A stretch of DNA of 64,000 bases from Phycisphaerales bacterium. GTDB lineage: Bacteria; Planctomycetota; Phycisphaerae; Phycisphaerales; UBA5793. The notes beneath the pieces are model-generated. The model had not been told where the DNA came from, ran no database searches, and saw only the letters and a program-made list of their open reading frames with translations. Both the position numbers and the translations under genes were made by a program. The stretch is taken from assembly GCA_026647365.1 (NCBI GenBank), contig JAPKGW010000003.1, forward strand, positions 23,220 through 87,219, given 5' to 3'. This document shows positions 55,616-64,000 of the stretch, in pieces (within the stretch, counting starts at the first letter, position 1; the number at the start of each line of letters is the position of its first letter).

Positions 55616-58600
55616 ATGCGTCCACGACGGGCCGCGATCGCCGATCGTCACATGCTCCTGGTCGGCCTGGCGGGGCTGCTGGGGGCGATTGTGCTGCTCA
55701 TGCTGGTTGTCTTCGGCTCGCGCGGGCGCGTCTCCGAATCCCGCAGCACGCCGGCGATCTCGCGCGAACTGCTCGACGCCGACGTCAGCGAGCGTGATCC
55801 CTCCAAGCGCGTGCTCATCAGCGAGTCGCAGAAGGCCAGCGGCGATCCGCTCGGCGCCCTCCAGACGGGGCGCGGCGAACTGGAGTTCACCAACGACCAG
55901 GGCCTGCTCGCACTGCGCTACCGCTGGGACAAGTCCGATCCGCTCGAAACCGGGTGGAACCGCTTCACCAATCCGCAAGCGTGGATCTACCGGACCGAGA
56001 ATCAGTTGATCTACATCCGCGCCGAAGAGGGGCAGTTTCTCCTCGCGGACAACCGCCAGCCGCAGGTCGGCGTGCTCGCGGGCAACGTCGTCGTGTCGCT
56101 CTTCGAGTCCGCGGGGCGGCGCGGAGTGTATTCGATCGACGTCGGCCGCGACGTGCCGGTCGCCGAGTTTTCGACGAGTTCGTTCAGTTTCGACGCCGTG
56201 AGGCTCAGCGGCCGCACCGAAGACCGCGTCGTGGTGCGCACGGCCGACGTGATCCTGCTCGGCACGGGCCTGAACCTGCTCTTCAACGAGCGCCTCGGGC
56301 GCATCGAGGAACTCGACATCGCGCAGCGCGAGTTGATCGTCTACCGCCGCGACGGCGCGGCGGATTCGGGCGCGGCGGCGTCCATTCGTCCGCGGGGCGC
56401 GGAAGGCGGCGCCGCGTCCGCGCCGCCATCGGCAGCCTCGGCAGGCGGCGGGCGGGGCGAGCCGCGGTCCGCGGAACTGCTCTGGCGCGACGTGACTCCC
56501 TATCGACTCACGCTCACGGACGAAGTGATCATCACTCAGGGCGAGGGGAAGGACCAGCTGCGCGTCGTGGGGCGCGACCTCGCGGCGGACTTCGCCGTGC
56601 GGCGCGGTGAAGGGGGGGGGCAGCTGACGGGGGCGCCGTCGTCGAGACGGCTTGACGGCGGCGAGGGCGGCGGCGACCGCCCGCTCGCGCCCGCGCCGGG
56701 GCCGGACCCGCGGGTTGCGTCCATTCCCATGCTGCTCGCGTCGATGCGCCTGGCGGCCGTGCCGATCTTCCCGACGTTCCTCGGAAGCGACCGCGGGCCG
56801 GCCGCCGGCGACATCCACATCACCGGAGGCGGCTCGCTCAATCTCATTCCCCTCGACGGCACGCCTCGGCAACTCCACGATCCCGACGACCTGCACGCAA
56901 CGCTCCACGGCGATCCCGTGCGGGTCGATTTCGGATCCTTCTACGCCATCGGCACGGAACTCGTCTACTCGCGAGCCGAGGCGGTGGCAAGGCTGCTGTG
57001 CACGCGCGATCAGCCGCTTGAAGCGGGTGTTCCGGGTGAGGCGCGGCTGACGTCCGTCTTTCCGTTCGAGTACCAGTTCGATCCGCTCGCATCGACGGGG
57101 GCCACACGGGGCGTGCTCCAGGGCGCCGGGACGATCGTCGGCCTGGCTCCACGCGAGCCGGCGCCGCCGTGGCTTGAGCCGCAGGCTGATCGGGAGAACC
57201 CGATGCGAGGTCTGCCTGTGGGGTTCTCCGTCAACTGGCTCGACGACTTCACGATCGAGTTCAAGGGCGTGCCGGAGGGCGGCGGGCTGGGGCGCATCGC
57301 CGCGGCCGTGTTCAACGGAACCGTTCACGTCGACGATCCGGAGGGATACTCGCTCGACTCACAGCAACTTCGCATCGACTTCAAGGACCGCTCCGGCACG
57401 CGCGAGCAGATCGTGGATTCCATCACCGCAAGCGGCGACGCGAGCCTGCGCTCGGCGGAGGGGAACGTCAGCGGCGACGAGTTGTTCGTCCTCTTCCGCG
57501 AGAACGCGCGAGGCTCATCCTCGCCCTCGCAGATGACGGTGACGGGAAGCGGGCGCGTGGCCGACGCGGACGGCTCGCTTGAGGCGCAGTACATCCAGGC
57601 GGACCTCGTGGAGGAATCGCTGGCGCAGCAGGAAGCGCTGCCGCGCGGCTTCGGCGGGTCGGCCGCCTTCGCCGTGAGCAACCTCCTGGCGCAGGGCGCG
57701 GTCGTTCTCTCGTTCGCGGACGGCGTCAGGGCGCTCGCGGACCGCCTCGTGGCGGACGCCCGCACCGACAAGGCCGTCCTCACCGGCGAACAGGTGATCG
57801 TCAGCGACCCGACGCTCAACGTCATCGGCCGCCATGCCGAGATCACCAATGTTTCAACCAAGGATGGGGAGCGCACCGCGCGCTTCATCGGTGCCGGCAC
57901 GCTGACCTACTTCGAAGAAGCCCGCAAAGATGCGAAAGAGGCGCCGGCGCGCGACGAGGCGCGGCCGATGCTGACGCCCGAGGAAATGCGCGAGGAACTG
58001 CGCCGCCGTCTCGAAGGCGGGAGCAGGGACGACGCGCCCGCGCCGCCCACGGGAGACGCGTCACCGGCCGCAGCCGATCCGGGCGGGCCGGCGCGCAACG
58101 AATCCATTGGAACCGTGACCGTCGAGTGGGCGGACCATCTCACTTTCGAGGAAGGACCCGGGCGCATCACGTTCGAGGGCGACGTTGTGGCCGTCTCCGA
58201 GCCGTCGCCGCAGGAGATCGACCGGATCGCGGGTCAGTGGATGCGGATCGAGTTGACCGAGCTGATGAAGCCGGCCGGTGATCCGCAGGGCAGGCCGGTG
58301 CGCCGCATGCGCAAGATCACCGTTCTCGGCCGCGGCGATGAGCCTGCACAGGTCGAGGCCCAGCGCTTTGCCGACGGCGCTCGAACGCAGCGCGAGATGC
58401 TGCTTGCGATCGCCAGCGAGATCATTGAGTACACCGACGCGACGGAACTCTTCGAAGCGATCGGGGATGGCTGGATGCTCATCGTCGATTCGGGACAGGG
58501 AAGCAGCGAGGGATCGAGGAATGAGGGCGCCCAAGGGGGGGGCACGACGACTGACGCTACGGCGCCGACTGCTCAAGTCGCCGCGGAGCGCGATCCTTCG

Positions 58601-59083
58601 GCGGCCGCGGTGAAGTTCTCCGGGCCGGGTGAAACGGACTTCTCGTGGACCGGGCGGCTCTCCCTTCAGGGCGGATCGGGCCTCATGGTGATCTCCGACG
58701 ACGTGCTGATGCGCCATCGGCCGCTCAACGAACCGGTCATCCGCGTCGACTCCAACCGCATGACGGCCGTGCTGCGCTCCGCCGACGCCCTCGGCGCGCT
58801 CGACCTGTCGCGGCGCGAAGGCATGGACCTCACGCACGCGGTGGCGGAGGGCGACGTCTTCATCCGGCGCCTCGATCGCAGCATCTGGGCCGACCGCCTG
58901 TCCTATGACCGCAAGTCGCTCCTCGCCACGATCGAGTGCTTCGACAACAACTACGTCCTGCTCGAGAGCGCCTCGACGGGCGGAGCCGTGCAGGCCCGCC
59001 GCGTCCTCTGGGACTTTTTCACGAACAGCATCACGGTCGAAGGCACGCGCGTCGATGCGCCGATGCCGGCGATCCGCGAATAG
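55616..59083 (+). CDS. Large (1155 aa) membrane-anchored periplasmic protein with repeated LptC/LptA (OstA)-like segments
   Basis: ATG 55616 follows AAGGAGG and lies 5 nt after the kdsC stop. It has one N-terminal TM helix (MLLVGLAGLLGAIVLLMLVVF). Recurrent OstA-like strand patterns include LAGNVVVSLFES, ASGDASLRSAEGNVSGDELFVLF, FEGDVVAVSEP...AGQWMRIEL and AEGDVFIRRLDRSIWADRLSYDRKSLLATI. The function call rests on synteny and pattern reading. Confidence 0.7.
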   Translation: MRPRRAAIADRHMLLVGLAGLLGAIVLLMLVVFGSRGRVSESRSTPAISRELLDADVSERDPSKRVLISESQKASGDPLGALQTGRGELEFTNDQGLLALRYRWDKSDPLETGWNRFTNPQAWIYRTENQLIYIRAEEGQFLLADNRQPQVGVLAGNVVVSLFESAGRRGVYSIDVGRDVPVAEFSTSSFSFDAVRLSGRTEDRVVVRTADVILLGTGLNLLFNERLGRIEELDIAQRELIVYRRDGAADSGAAASIRPRGAEGGAASAPPSAASAGGGRGEPRSAELLWRDVTPYRLTLTDEVIITQGEGKDQLRVVGRDLAADFAVRRGEGGGQLTGAPSSRRLDGGEGGGDRPLAPAPGPDPRVASIPMLLASMRLAAVPIFPTFLGSDRGPAAGDIHITGGGSLNLIPLDGTPRQLHDPDDLHATLHGDPVRVDFGSFYAIGTELVYSRAEAVARLLCTRDQPLEAGVPGEARLTSVFPFEYQFDPLASTGATRGVLQGAGTIVGLAPREPAPPWLEPQADRENPMRGLPVGFSVNWLDDFTIEFKGVPEGGGLGRIAAAVFNGTVHVDDPEGYSLDSQQLRIDFKDRSGTREQIVDSITASGDASLRSAEGNVSGDELFVLFRENARGSSSPSQMTVTGSGRVADADGSLEAQYIQADLVEESLAQQEALPRGFGGSAAFAVSNLLAQGAVVLSFADGVRALADRLVADARTDKAVLTGEQVIVSDPTLNVIGRHAEITNVSTKDGERTARFIGAGTLTYFEEARKDAKEAPARDEARPMLTPEEMREELRRRLEGGSRDDAPAPPTGDASPAAADPGGPARNESIGTVTVEWADHLTFEEGPGRITFEGDVVAVSEPSPQEIDRIAGQWMRIELTELMKPAGDPQGRPVRRMRKITVLGRGDEPAQVEAQRFADGARTQREMLLAIASEIIEYTDATELFEAIGDGWMLIVDSGQGSSEGSRNEGAQGGGTTTDATAPTAQVAAERDPSAAAVKFSGPGETDFSWTGRLSLQGGSGLMVISDDVLMRHRPLNEPVIRVDSNRMTAVLRSADALGALDLSRREGMDLTHAVAEGDVFIRRLDRSIWADRLSYDRKSLLATIECFDNNYVLLESASTGGAVQARRVLWDFFTNSITVEGTRVDAPMPAIRE

Positions 59084-59133
59084 CGATCCGAGGCCCGGCG
59101 GCGCACATGGCGATGCCGCGCCCTCTTCAACGA

Positions 59134-59688
59134 TCAGGCATCGGATCGTTCCACGACGCGGTACATCTCGCGCTCGCCGCGGCCGCGCAGAGGGTAGTCC
59201 TTGCGCAATGGAAATGCCGGATAGTCACGCCACAGGAGAATCCGGCGCAGGTCCGGGTGGCCGGTGAAGCGGATGCCGAACATGTCGTACACCTCACGCT
59301 CGGGCCATTCCGCTCCGGGCCAGAGGTCCGTTACCGAATCAACGACCAGGGCCGGGTCGTCGGCATTGCCGCCCGTATCGAGGCTGGGATCGAGGAAGGT
59401 CCTGACAATCAGCCGCCGATTGTGAATCGTGCTCGAGAGAACATGGACGACCGCGAAGCGGCCAGGCATTCTCGCGGGATAGCCGAGGTAGTCCACGGCC
59501 GTGACGTCAGAGAGAAAATCGTACCGGCACGCCTCGTCATCGCGCAGGAATCGCATGACCTCGTGCAGGAGAGCGTTCGGCGCCACGACCGCCGTCTGGC
59601 CGCGAAACTCCGTTGCCTTCAGGCCCGCGTGGGTGAAGCGCTCACGCAGGCGCGAAATCGAGGGATGATCGAGGGTGGGTCTTGACAT
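59134..59688 (-). CDS. nuoC: NADH-quinone oxidoreductase subunit C (30-kDa subunit)
   Basis: DLWPGAEWPEREVYDMFGIRFTGHPDLRRILL...FPLRKDYPLRG is the NuoC signature region. Confidence 0.9.
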   Translation of the reverse strand: MSRPTLDHPSISRLRERFTHAGLKATEFRGQTAVVAPNALLHEVMRFLRDDEACRYDFLSDVTAVDYLGYPARMPGRFAVVHVLSSTIHNRRLIVRTFLDPSLDTGGNADDPALVVDSVTDLWPGAEWPEREVYDMFGIRFTGHPDLRRILLWRDYPAFPLRKDYPLRGRGEREMYRVVERSDA

Positions 59689-59716
59689 GGGGGGAAGGCA
59701 ATGTGCAATAGGCGCC

Positions 59717-59758
59717 GGGCACCAGGCACTCGGAAAGGCATCAAGGCATCAGGGCAGC
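59717..59758. repeat. GGCA-type heptamer/octamer repeat element (second copy)
   Basis: The sequence reads gggcacc aggcact cggaaagg, then aaggcatc (59735-59742), aaggcatc (59743-59750), agggcagc (59751-59758). It is collinear with 47753-47800. Confidence 0.6.
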
Positions 59759-59801
59759 GGGGGCGAGTTGTTGTGTTCCGTACCTCGCATGAGCCTCTCA
59801 T

Positions 59802-60527
59802 TCAATCCCCCCCGAGAGGCTCAAGCAAGGCCCGCAGGTCAGAGATGAGGTGTACGCCCACGTCGTCAGCCTGCGGGCGTCGGACGATGACGGGCCGCGG
59901 CACGGCTTCGTGCTTCGCGCGGGCAGGTCGGGCGTGATCGAGCAGGACCTGCAGCGTGAAACGCGGATCGAAAGCGCCGCAGCCGAGATCGGCTGGATCG
60001 AGGTTCTCGCCTGCGGGATCGGGCGCGGCGTCGGCGAGGATGAAGGCGGCACCGGCCGCCGCGAGCGCTTCCGCGATCCTCAGGAGATGATCTTCGCGAT
60101 GGGGGATCATGCTCGGCTCGAAGAGCGCGACGGGATTGAGCGCCAGGCCGATGTGCGCGTCTCCATGCTCGCGCAGAAAGACGGCGGCGGTGAGCGCATC
60201 GTGCAGGATGTGGCGGCAGTGCGGCTCGATGAGCAGGCGGATCCGAAGACGAACCAGGTCGGGCCGCAGGGAGAAGAGGTGATCGGCGAGCCGGGCCGCA
60301 GCGCCCGCCATCCAGTTGCGCGGCACGGGCGCGCCGAGGTCGTCGCCAAGCGAACCGGAGTTGATCAGCAGGGTCGTGCCGGCGAATCGTTCCAGCGCCC
60401 TCCGATCGAGTTGCAGCGCGTTGCCGCGCCATACACGGGCGAGCGGGGCGGCGCCGCCGGCGCGCGGACCGAGGGGGATGATGAGAGCCTCGTCGTCCGC
60501 CGCGCCCGCCTGTTCAACGTAGAGCAT
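59802..60527 (-). CDS. Hypothetical protein (possibly xylose-isomerase-like TIM-barrel fold)
   Basis: Start tentatively ATG 60527 (MLYVEQAG...); the track start is 60650. There is only weak resemblance to sugar-phosphate isomerase/epimerase barrels (LLIEPH...IGLALNP). Function is not supported beyond that. Confidence 0.45.
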   Translation of the reverse strand: MLYVEQAGAADDEALIIPLGPRAGGAAPLARVWRGNALQLDRRALERFAGTTLLINSGSLGDDLGAPVPRNWMAGAAARLADHLFSLRPDLVRLRIRLLIEPHCRHILHDALTAAVFLREHGDAHIGLALNPVALFEPSMIPHREDHLLRIAEALAAAGAAFILADAAPDPAGENLDPADLGCGAFDPRFTLQVLLDHARPARAKHEAVPRPVIVRRPQADDVGVHLISDLRALLEPLGGD

Positions 60528-60648
60528 GAAGGCAAAGAGTAGGGGAGGTCTCGCCCTTCGACCGCCGCTGCGACAACGCACGAATTCCACTCGGCGGCAG
60601 ATCGGGGGCGGCCTCGATCCAACCGATAGAATCGGGCAGAACCCCGTC

Positions 60649-62361
60649 ATGCGCCCGTCCCCCGTGAATCCCAGCAGCGAAGACAGGTCGAAGTCGCAGA
60701 CGCCTCACTGCGGCGGCGGCCGGGTCGTTCACCTGCCCGTGGCGAGGGCGGACGCGGCGCCCGCGCCGACGATCCGCCCCTCGCGGATGGGACGCCGCCG
60801 CGCCATTGTGCTCGGCCTCGTGCAACTGGCGATGATCGCGCACGTCGTGCAGTGGATGATCACCGGAACGACGACGACGCCCATCGAGCCGTCCGAGTCG
60901 ATGGAGTTCGCCCGGCGCGGCGTGATCAACGCGGGGCTGATCTTCTTCGTGCTCGCGCTGCTCTCGACGCTGGCGCTCGGGCGGTGGTTCTGCGGCTGGG
61001 GCTGCCACCTCGTCATGCTCCAGGACCTCTGCGGGTGGATGATGAAGAAGATCGGCGTGCGGCCCAAGCCCTTTCGCTCGCGCCTGCTGCTCTTCGTGCC
61101 GCTGATTCTGGCGTTGTACATGTTCATCTGGCCGGCGGCGCACCGGCTTGCCGTCGCGCCGCTGACGGGCGCCAGCGGAGACCTGCCCGAGTGGCGCGTG
61201 CAGGCGCACCTGACGACGAGCGACTTCTGGCAGACCTTCGCCGGCGTCGCCGTCGCGGTTCCTTTCCTGCTCGTGTGCGGCTTCGCGACCGTCTACTTCC
61301 TCGGCGCCAAGGGGTTCTGCACTTACGGCTGCCCCTACGGCGGGTTCTTCGCCCCGCTCGACCGCCTCGCGCCCGGGCGCATCCGCGTCACCGACGCCTG
61401 CGAACACTGCGGGCACTGTACGGCCGTGTGCTCGAGCAACGTCCGCGTCCACGAAGAAGTGCGCGACTACGGCATGGTCGTCGATCCGGGGTGCATGAAG
61501 TGCCTGGACTGCGTAAGCGTGTGCCCGAATGACGCGCTGTATTTCGGCCTGGGTCCGAAGGCGATGGGGGCGAAGCCGCGCGTTGAGAAGCCGGCGCAGC
61601 GCCGGTTCGATCTCACCTGGGGCGAGGAAATCGGTTGTGCGCTGGTTTTCGCCGGGGCGTTCTTCGCCTTCCGCGGCCTGTATGGGCAGATTCCCATGCT
61701 TTTTGCCGTGGGCATCGCAGGATGCCTCACGTTCATCGGGTGGAAATCGTGGCAGGCGCTGGGCGACCGAAACTGCCGCTTTCATCGATTCCAGTTGCGC
61801 CGCTCAGGGCGGTTGACGGCCGCCGGCGGGGCCTGGCTCGCTCTGGCGGCGATTCTCGTCGCGCTCACGCTCCACGGCGGCGTCGTGCAGTACCACACCT
61901 GGCGCGGCATCAACGGCGCGGCGCTCGTTGCCGTCTCCATCGACGAGGCCCTGCGCGGCGACGTGGTGATGAGCGAGGCCGACGCCCGGACGCTCGATCG
62001 CGCCGAGGCACACCTGCGCAAGGCTGACTCGATTGCCGCAGGGGGGATCGGGATGCTCGGTCAGGCTGACGTTGCCGTCGCACTCGCGCGGATTCACCTG
62101 CTTCGAGCGAGGTGGGAGGAGTGCGAGGCGCAGCTGCGCCGCGGCCTCGCCCTCGGCGGCGCGACGGATGTCCTGTCGCGCGACCTCGGCCGCGTGATGC
62201 TCCGCCACCGTCGCGCGGACGAGGTGATCGCCTGGTACGAGCAGACGCTGCGGTCGCACCCGGACTTTGCCGGCACGCGTGCCGCATGTGCATCGCTGCT
62301 TGACGCGCTGGGCCGAGCAGACGAGGCGCAGCGGATACGTGCTGAGCAGCCCGCGCAGTAG
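60649..62361 (+). CDS. Membrane polyferredoxin (NapH/CcoG-like 4Fe-4S protein) fused to a C-terminal TPR-like domain
   Basis: GRWFCGWGCH and GAKGFCTYGCPYGGFF membrane-proximal Cys motifs. Ferredoxin motifs are CEHCGHCTAVCSSN and CMKCLDCVSVCPNDAL. Additional TM helices are followed by ~170 aa of helical repeats. The start is uncertain: ATG 60649 or ATG 60787. Confidence 0.8.
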   Translation: MRPSPVNPSSEDRSKSQTPHCGGGRVVHLPVARADAAPAPTIRPSRMGRRRAIVLGLVQLAMIAHVVQWMITGTTTTPIEPSESMEFARRGVINAGLIFFVLALLSTLALGRWFCGWGCHLVMLQDLCGWMMKKIGVRPKPFRSRLLLFVPLILALYMFIWPAAHRLAVAPLTGASGDLPEWRVQAHLTTSDFWQTFAGVAVAVPFLLVCGFATVYFLGAKGFCTYGCPYGGFFAPLDRLAPGRIRVTDACEHCGHCTAVCSSNVRVHEEVRDYGMVVDPGCMKCLDCVSVCPNDALYFGLGPKAMGAKPRVEKPAQRRFDLTWGEEIGCALVFAGAFFAFRGLYGQIPMLFAVGIAGCLTFIGWKSWQALGDRNCRFHRFQLRRSGRLTAAGGAWLALAAILVALTLHGGVVQYHTWRGINGAALVAVSIDEALRGDVVMSEADARTLDRAEAHLRKADSIAAGGIGMLGQADVAVALARIHLLRARWEECEAQLRRGLALGGATDVLSRDLGRVMLRHRRADEVIAWYEQTLRSHPDFAGTRAACASLLDALGRADEAQRIRAEQPAQ

Positions 62362-62376
62362 ACGCGCACGGCGCGG

Positions 62377-63402
62377 TCAAGCGCCCTTCTCGCCGCCGCC
62401 GCCGCCGCCGATGGCGGAGCGCATCTGGGTGTCGGCCTGGATGTTGCGCATGCGGTAGTAGTCCATGATGCCGAGGTTGCCGCTGCGGAATGATTCGGCC
62501 ATGGCGCGGGGCACTTCCGCTTCGGCCTCGACGACCTTGGCGCGGTTGAGTTCGATGAGGGCGCGGTTCTCGGCTTCCTGCGCGCGGGCCATCGCGGCGC
62601 GTTTCTCCGCCTCGGCCTGGAAGCGTTTCTTGTCCGCCTCGGCCTGGTCGGCCTGGAGTTTGGCGCCGATGTTTTCGCCGACGTCCACGTCAGCGATGTC
62701 GATGGAGAGGATTTCGAAGGCGGTGCCGGAGTCGAGGCCCTTCTTGAGCACGGTCTTGCTGATCTGGTCGGGGTTGGCGAGCACTTCCTTGTGCGTGTTC
62801 GCCGAGCCGATCGTCGTGACAATGCCTTCGCCGACGCGCGCGATGATGGTTTCTTCAAGGGCGCCGCCGACGAGGCGGGCGAGGTTGGCGCGGACGGTGA
62901 TGCGGGCCTTGACCTTGAGTTGGATGCCGTCCTGGGCCACGGCGTCGATGGTATTGCGACCCCGGGCGGCGTCGGGGCAGTCGATCACCTTGGGTTTCAC
63001 GGATGTCTGAACCGCGTCGAAGATGTCGCGCCCGGCGAGGTCGATGGCGCACGCCGTGTTGAAACCGAGTTCGATCTTCGCCCGGTCGGCCGCGATCAGG
63101 GCGCGGATGACCAGCGGCACGCGGCCGCCCGCGAGAAGATGCGTTTCAAGTTCCTTGGTGGTGACGTTGAGGCCGGCCTTGACCGCCTGAATGCGGTTGA
63201 GCACGATGATGCGGGGATCGACCTTGCGGAATTTCATTCCGATCAGGTCAATGAATGAGACGCTCGCGCCCGAGAGGAAAGCCTGGAACCAGAGGTTGAA
63301 GAACTGCGCGATGACGACCAGCGCCACGAGCGCGATGATGACAACGACGCCGACGACTACCCAAGTGATGATATCGCCGCCGCTGGGCATTGGTTCACCC
63401 AA
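62377..63402 (-). CDS. floA: Flotillin-like protein FloA (SPFH domain)
   Basis: N-terminal TM helix followed by [34 protein letters not shown]...LLAGGRV, as in the FloA/UPF0365 family. Gly-rich C-terminus. Confidence 0.9.
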   Translation of the reverse strand: MGEPMPSGGDIITWVVVGVVVIIALVALVVIAQFFNLWFQAFLSGASVSFIDLIGMKFRKVDPRIIVLNRIQAVKAGLNVTTKELETHLLAGGRVPLVIRALIAADRAKIELGFNTACAIDLAGRDIFDAVQTSVKPKVIDCPDAARGRNTIDAVAQDGIQLKVKARITVRANLARLVGGALEETIIARVGEGIVTTIGSANTHKEVLANPDQISKTVLKKGLDSGTAFEILSIDIADVDVGENIGAKLQADQAEADKKRFQAEAEKRAAMARAQEAENRALIELNRAKVVEAEAEVPRAMAESFRSGNLGIMDYYRMRNIQADTQMRSAIGGGGGGEKGA

Positions 63403-63468
63403 TCCTTTCGTCTATCAGTGGCCCTGCGGGCCGGTTCAGGAGACAGTGCGAGAGGGTAGCGCGCTTCC

Positions 63469-63996
63469 TCATGCCGGTCGGCCTGTGTCCTCGATCGCGT
63501 CCACGGGCATGACGCGAATTTGCCGCCCGCTGACGCTGGTGATGACGACCATCGAACCGGCGTCGATGATGCCCGTCTCGGCAAAGGCCTCGATGTCTTC
63601 GCCGTCGACGCGGATCGTTCCCCCCGGCCGCAGCCCCGTGAGCGCTTTGCCCCGCGCGCCGACGAGGGCGGAGATGGCGTGGGTTTCGGCCTGGCGCTCG
63701 CTGAGGCGGCGCTGAATGTCCTCTTCCGTCGTGCCCGCGGTCAGGATGATGTTGCGCCCCACGGGCGTACTCGGAAAGACCTTGATCGCCAGCCAGAAGA
63801 TGGTCGGCGCGCCGCCGGCAACGATGCCCAGCGCGATCGCCCCGGTCAGAGGACTGACGCGAAACGCAATGGCAATGGCGGCGATGGCCGACAGCCCCGC
63901 CAGTATGCTGATCAACCCGCCCGATGGAATGAATAACTCGAGAGCCACCAGCAGCGCTGAAAGAGTCAACAGGCCGACGACCCACCAGCCCAGCAC
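63469..63996 (-). CDS. NfeD-family membrane protein (partner of FloA); the N-terminus may extend beyond the window
   Basis: Three hydrophobic helices, then an NfeD OB-fold C-terminus (GARGKALTGLRPGGTIRVDGEDIEAFAETGIIDAGSMVVITSVSGRQIRVMP). It sits directly upstream of floA, which is the usual pairing. Confidence 0.8.
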   Translation of the reverse strand: MLGWWVVGLLTLSALLVALELFIPSGGLISILAGLSAIAAIAIAFRVSPLTGAIALGIVAGGAPTIFWLAIKVFPSTPVGRNIILTAGTTEEDIQRRLSERQAETHAISALVGARGKALTGLRPGGTIRVDGEDIEAFAETGIIDAGSMVVITSVSGRQIRVMPVDAIEDTGRPA

Positions 63997-64000
63997 GCCG

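Overview
Very GC-rich, gene-dense chromosomal segment of about 55 protein genes. I recognised no rRNA, tRNA, CRISPR array, transposase or integrase. Gene content points to a PVC-group bacterium, most likely Planctomycetota; this is inference only. The supporting signs are two tandem prepilin-leader pseudopilin-like genes, scattered peptidoglycan genes (murE, murF, murG), many multiheme cytochromes and giant membrane-anchored proteins. Housekeeping genes include murF (partial), murE, thrS, lspA, accA, murG, HMG-CoA lyase, an aminotransferase, rluA, pilT, kdsD, kdsC, nuoC, and floA with an NfeD partner.

Accessory content:
- A redox cluster at 13.9-21.6 kb. It holds an NDH-2 flavoprotein fused to a cyclic-nucleotide-binding (CNB) domain, a protein with two CNB domains fused to a four-cluster ferredoxin, a membrane protein with two His-x13-His helices, and three multiheme cytochromes c.
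- A 1945-aa membrane-anchored protein with eight heme-c motifs ending in a type-1-copper cupredoxin (29.6-35.4 kb).
- A 1155-aa LptC/LptA-like protein directly after kdsD-kdsC.
- A translationally coupled glycan-modification operon (44.6-50.3 kb).
- An MlaF/MlaD pair without a permease.
- A solitary TaqI/Eco57I-type N6-adenine methyltransferase.
- Several small or unknown membrane proteins.

The best candidate for an undescribed system is the CNB-decorated transmembrane electron-transfer module. Non-coding oddities are two related GGCA-type heptamer/octamer repeat elements, G8-G10 homopolymer tracts, and a 640-bp hairpin-rich non-coding gap.

All calls rest on reading motifs in the supplied translations and checking start and stop contexts by eye. 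No database search or computation was run. Many long ORFs in the track are antisense shadows typical of high-GC DNA and were rejected.
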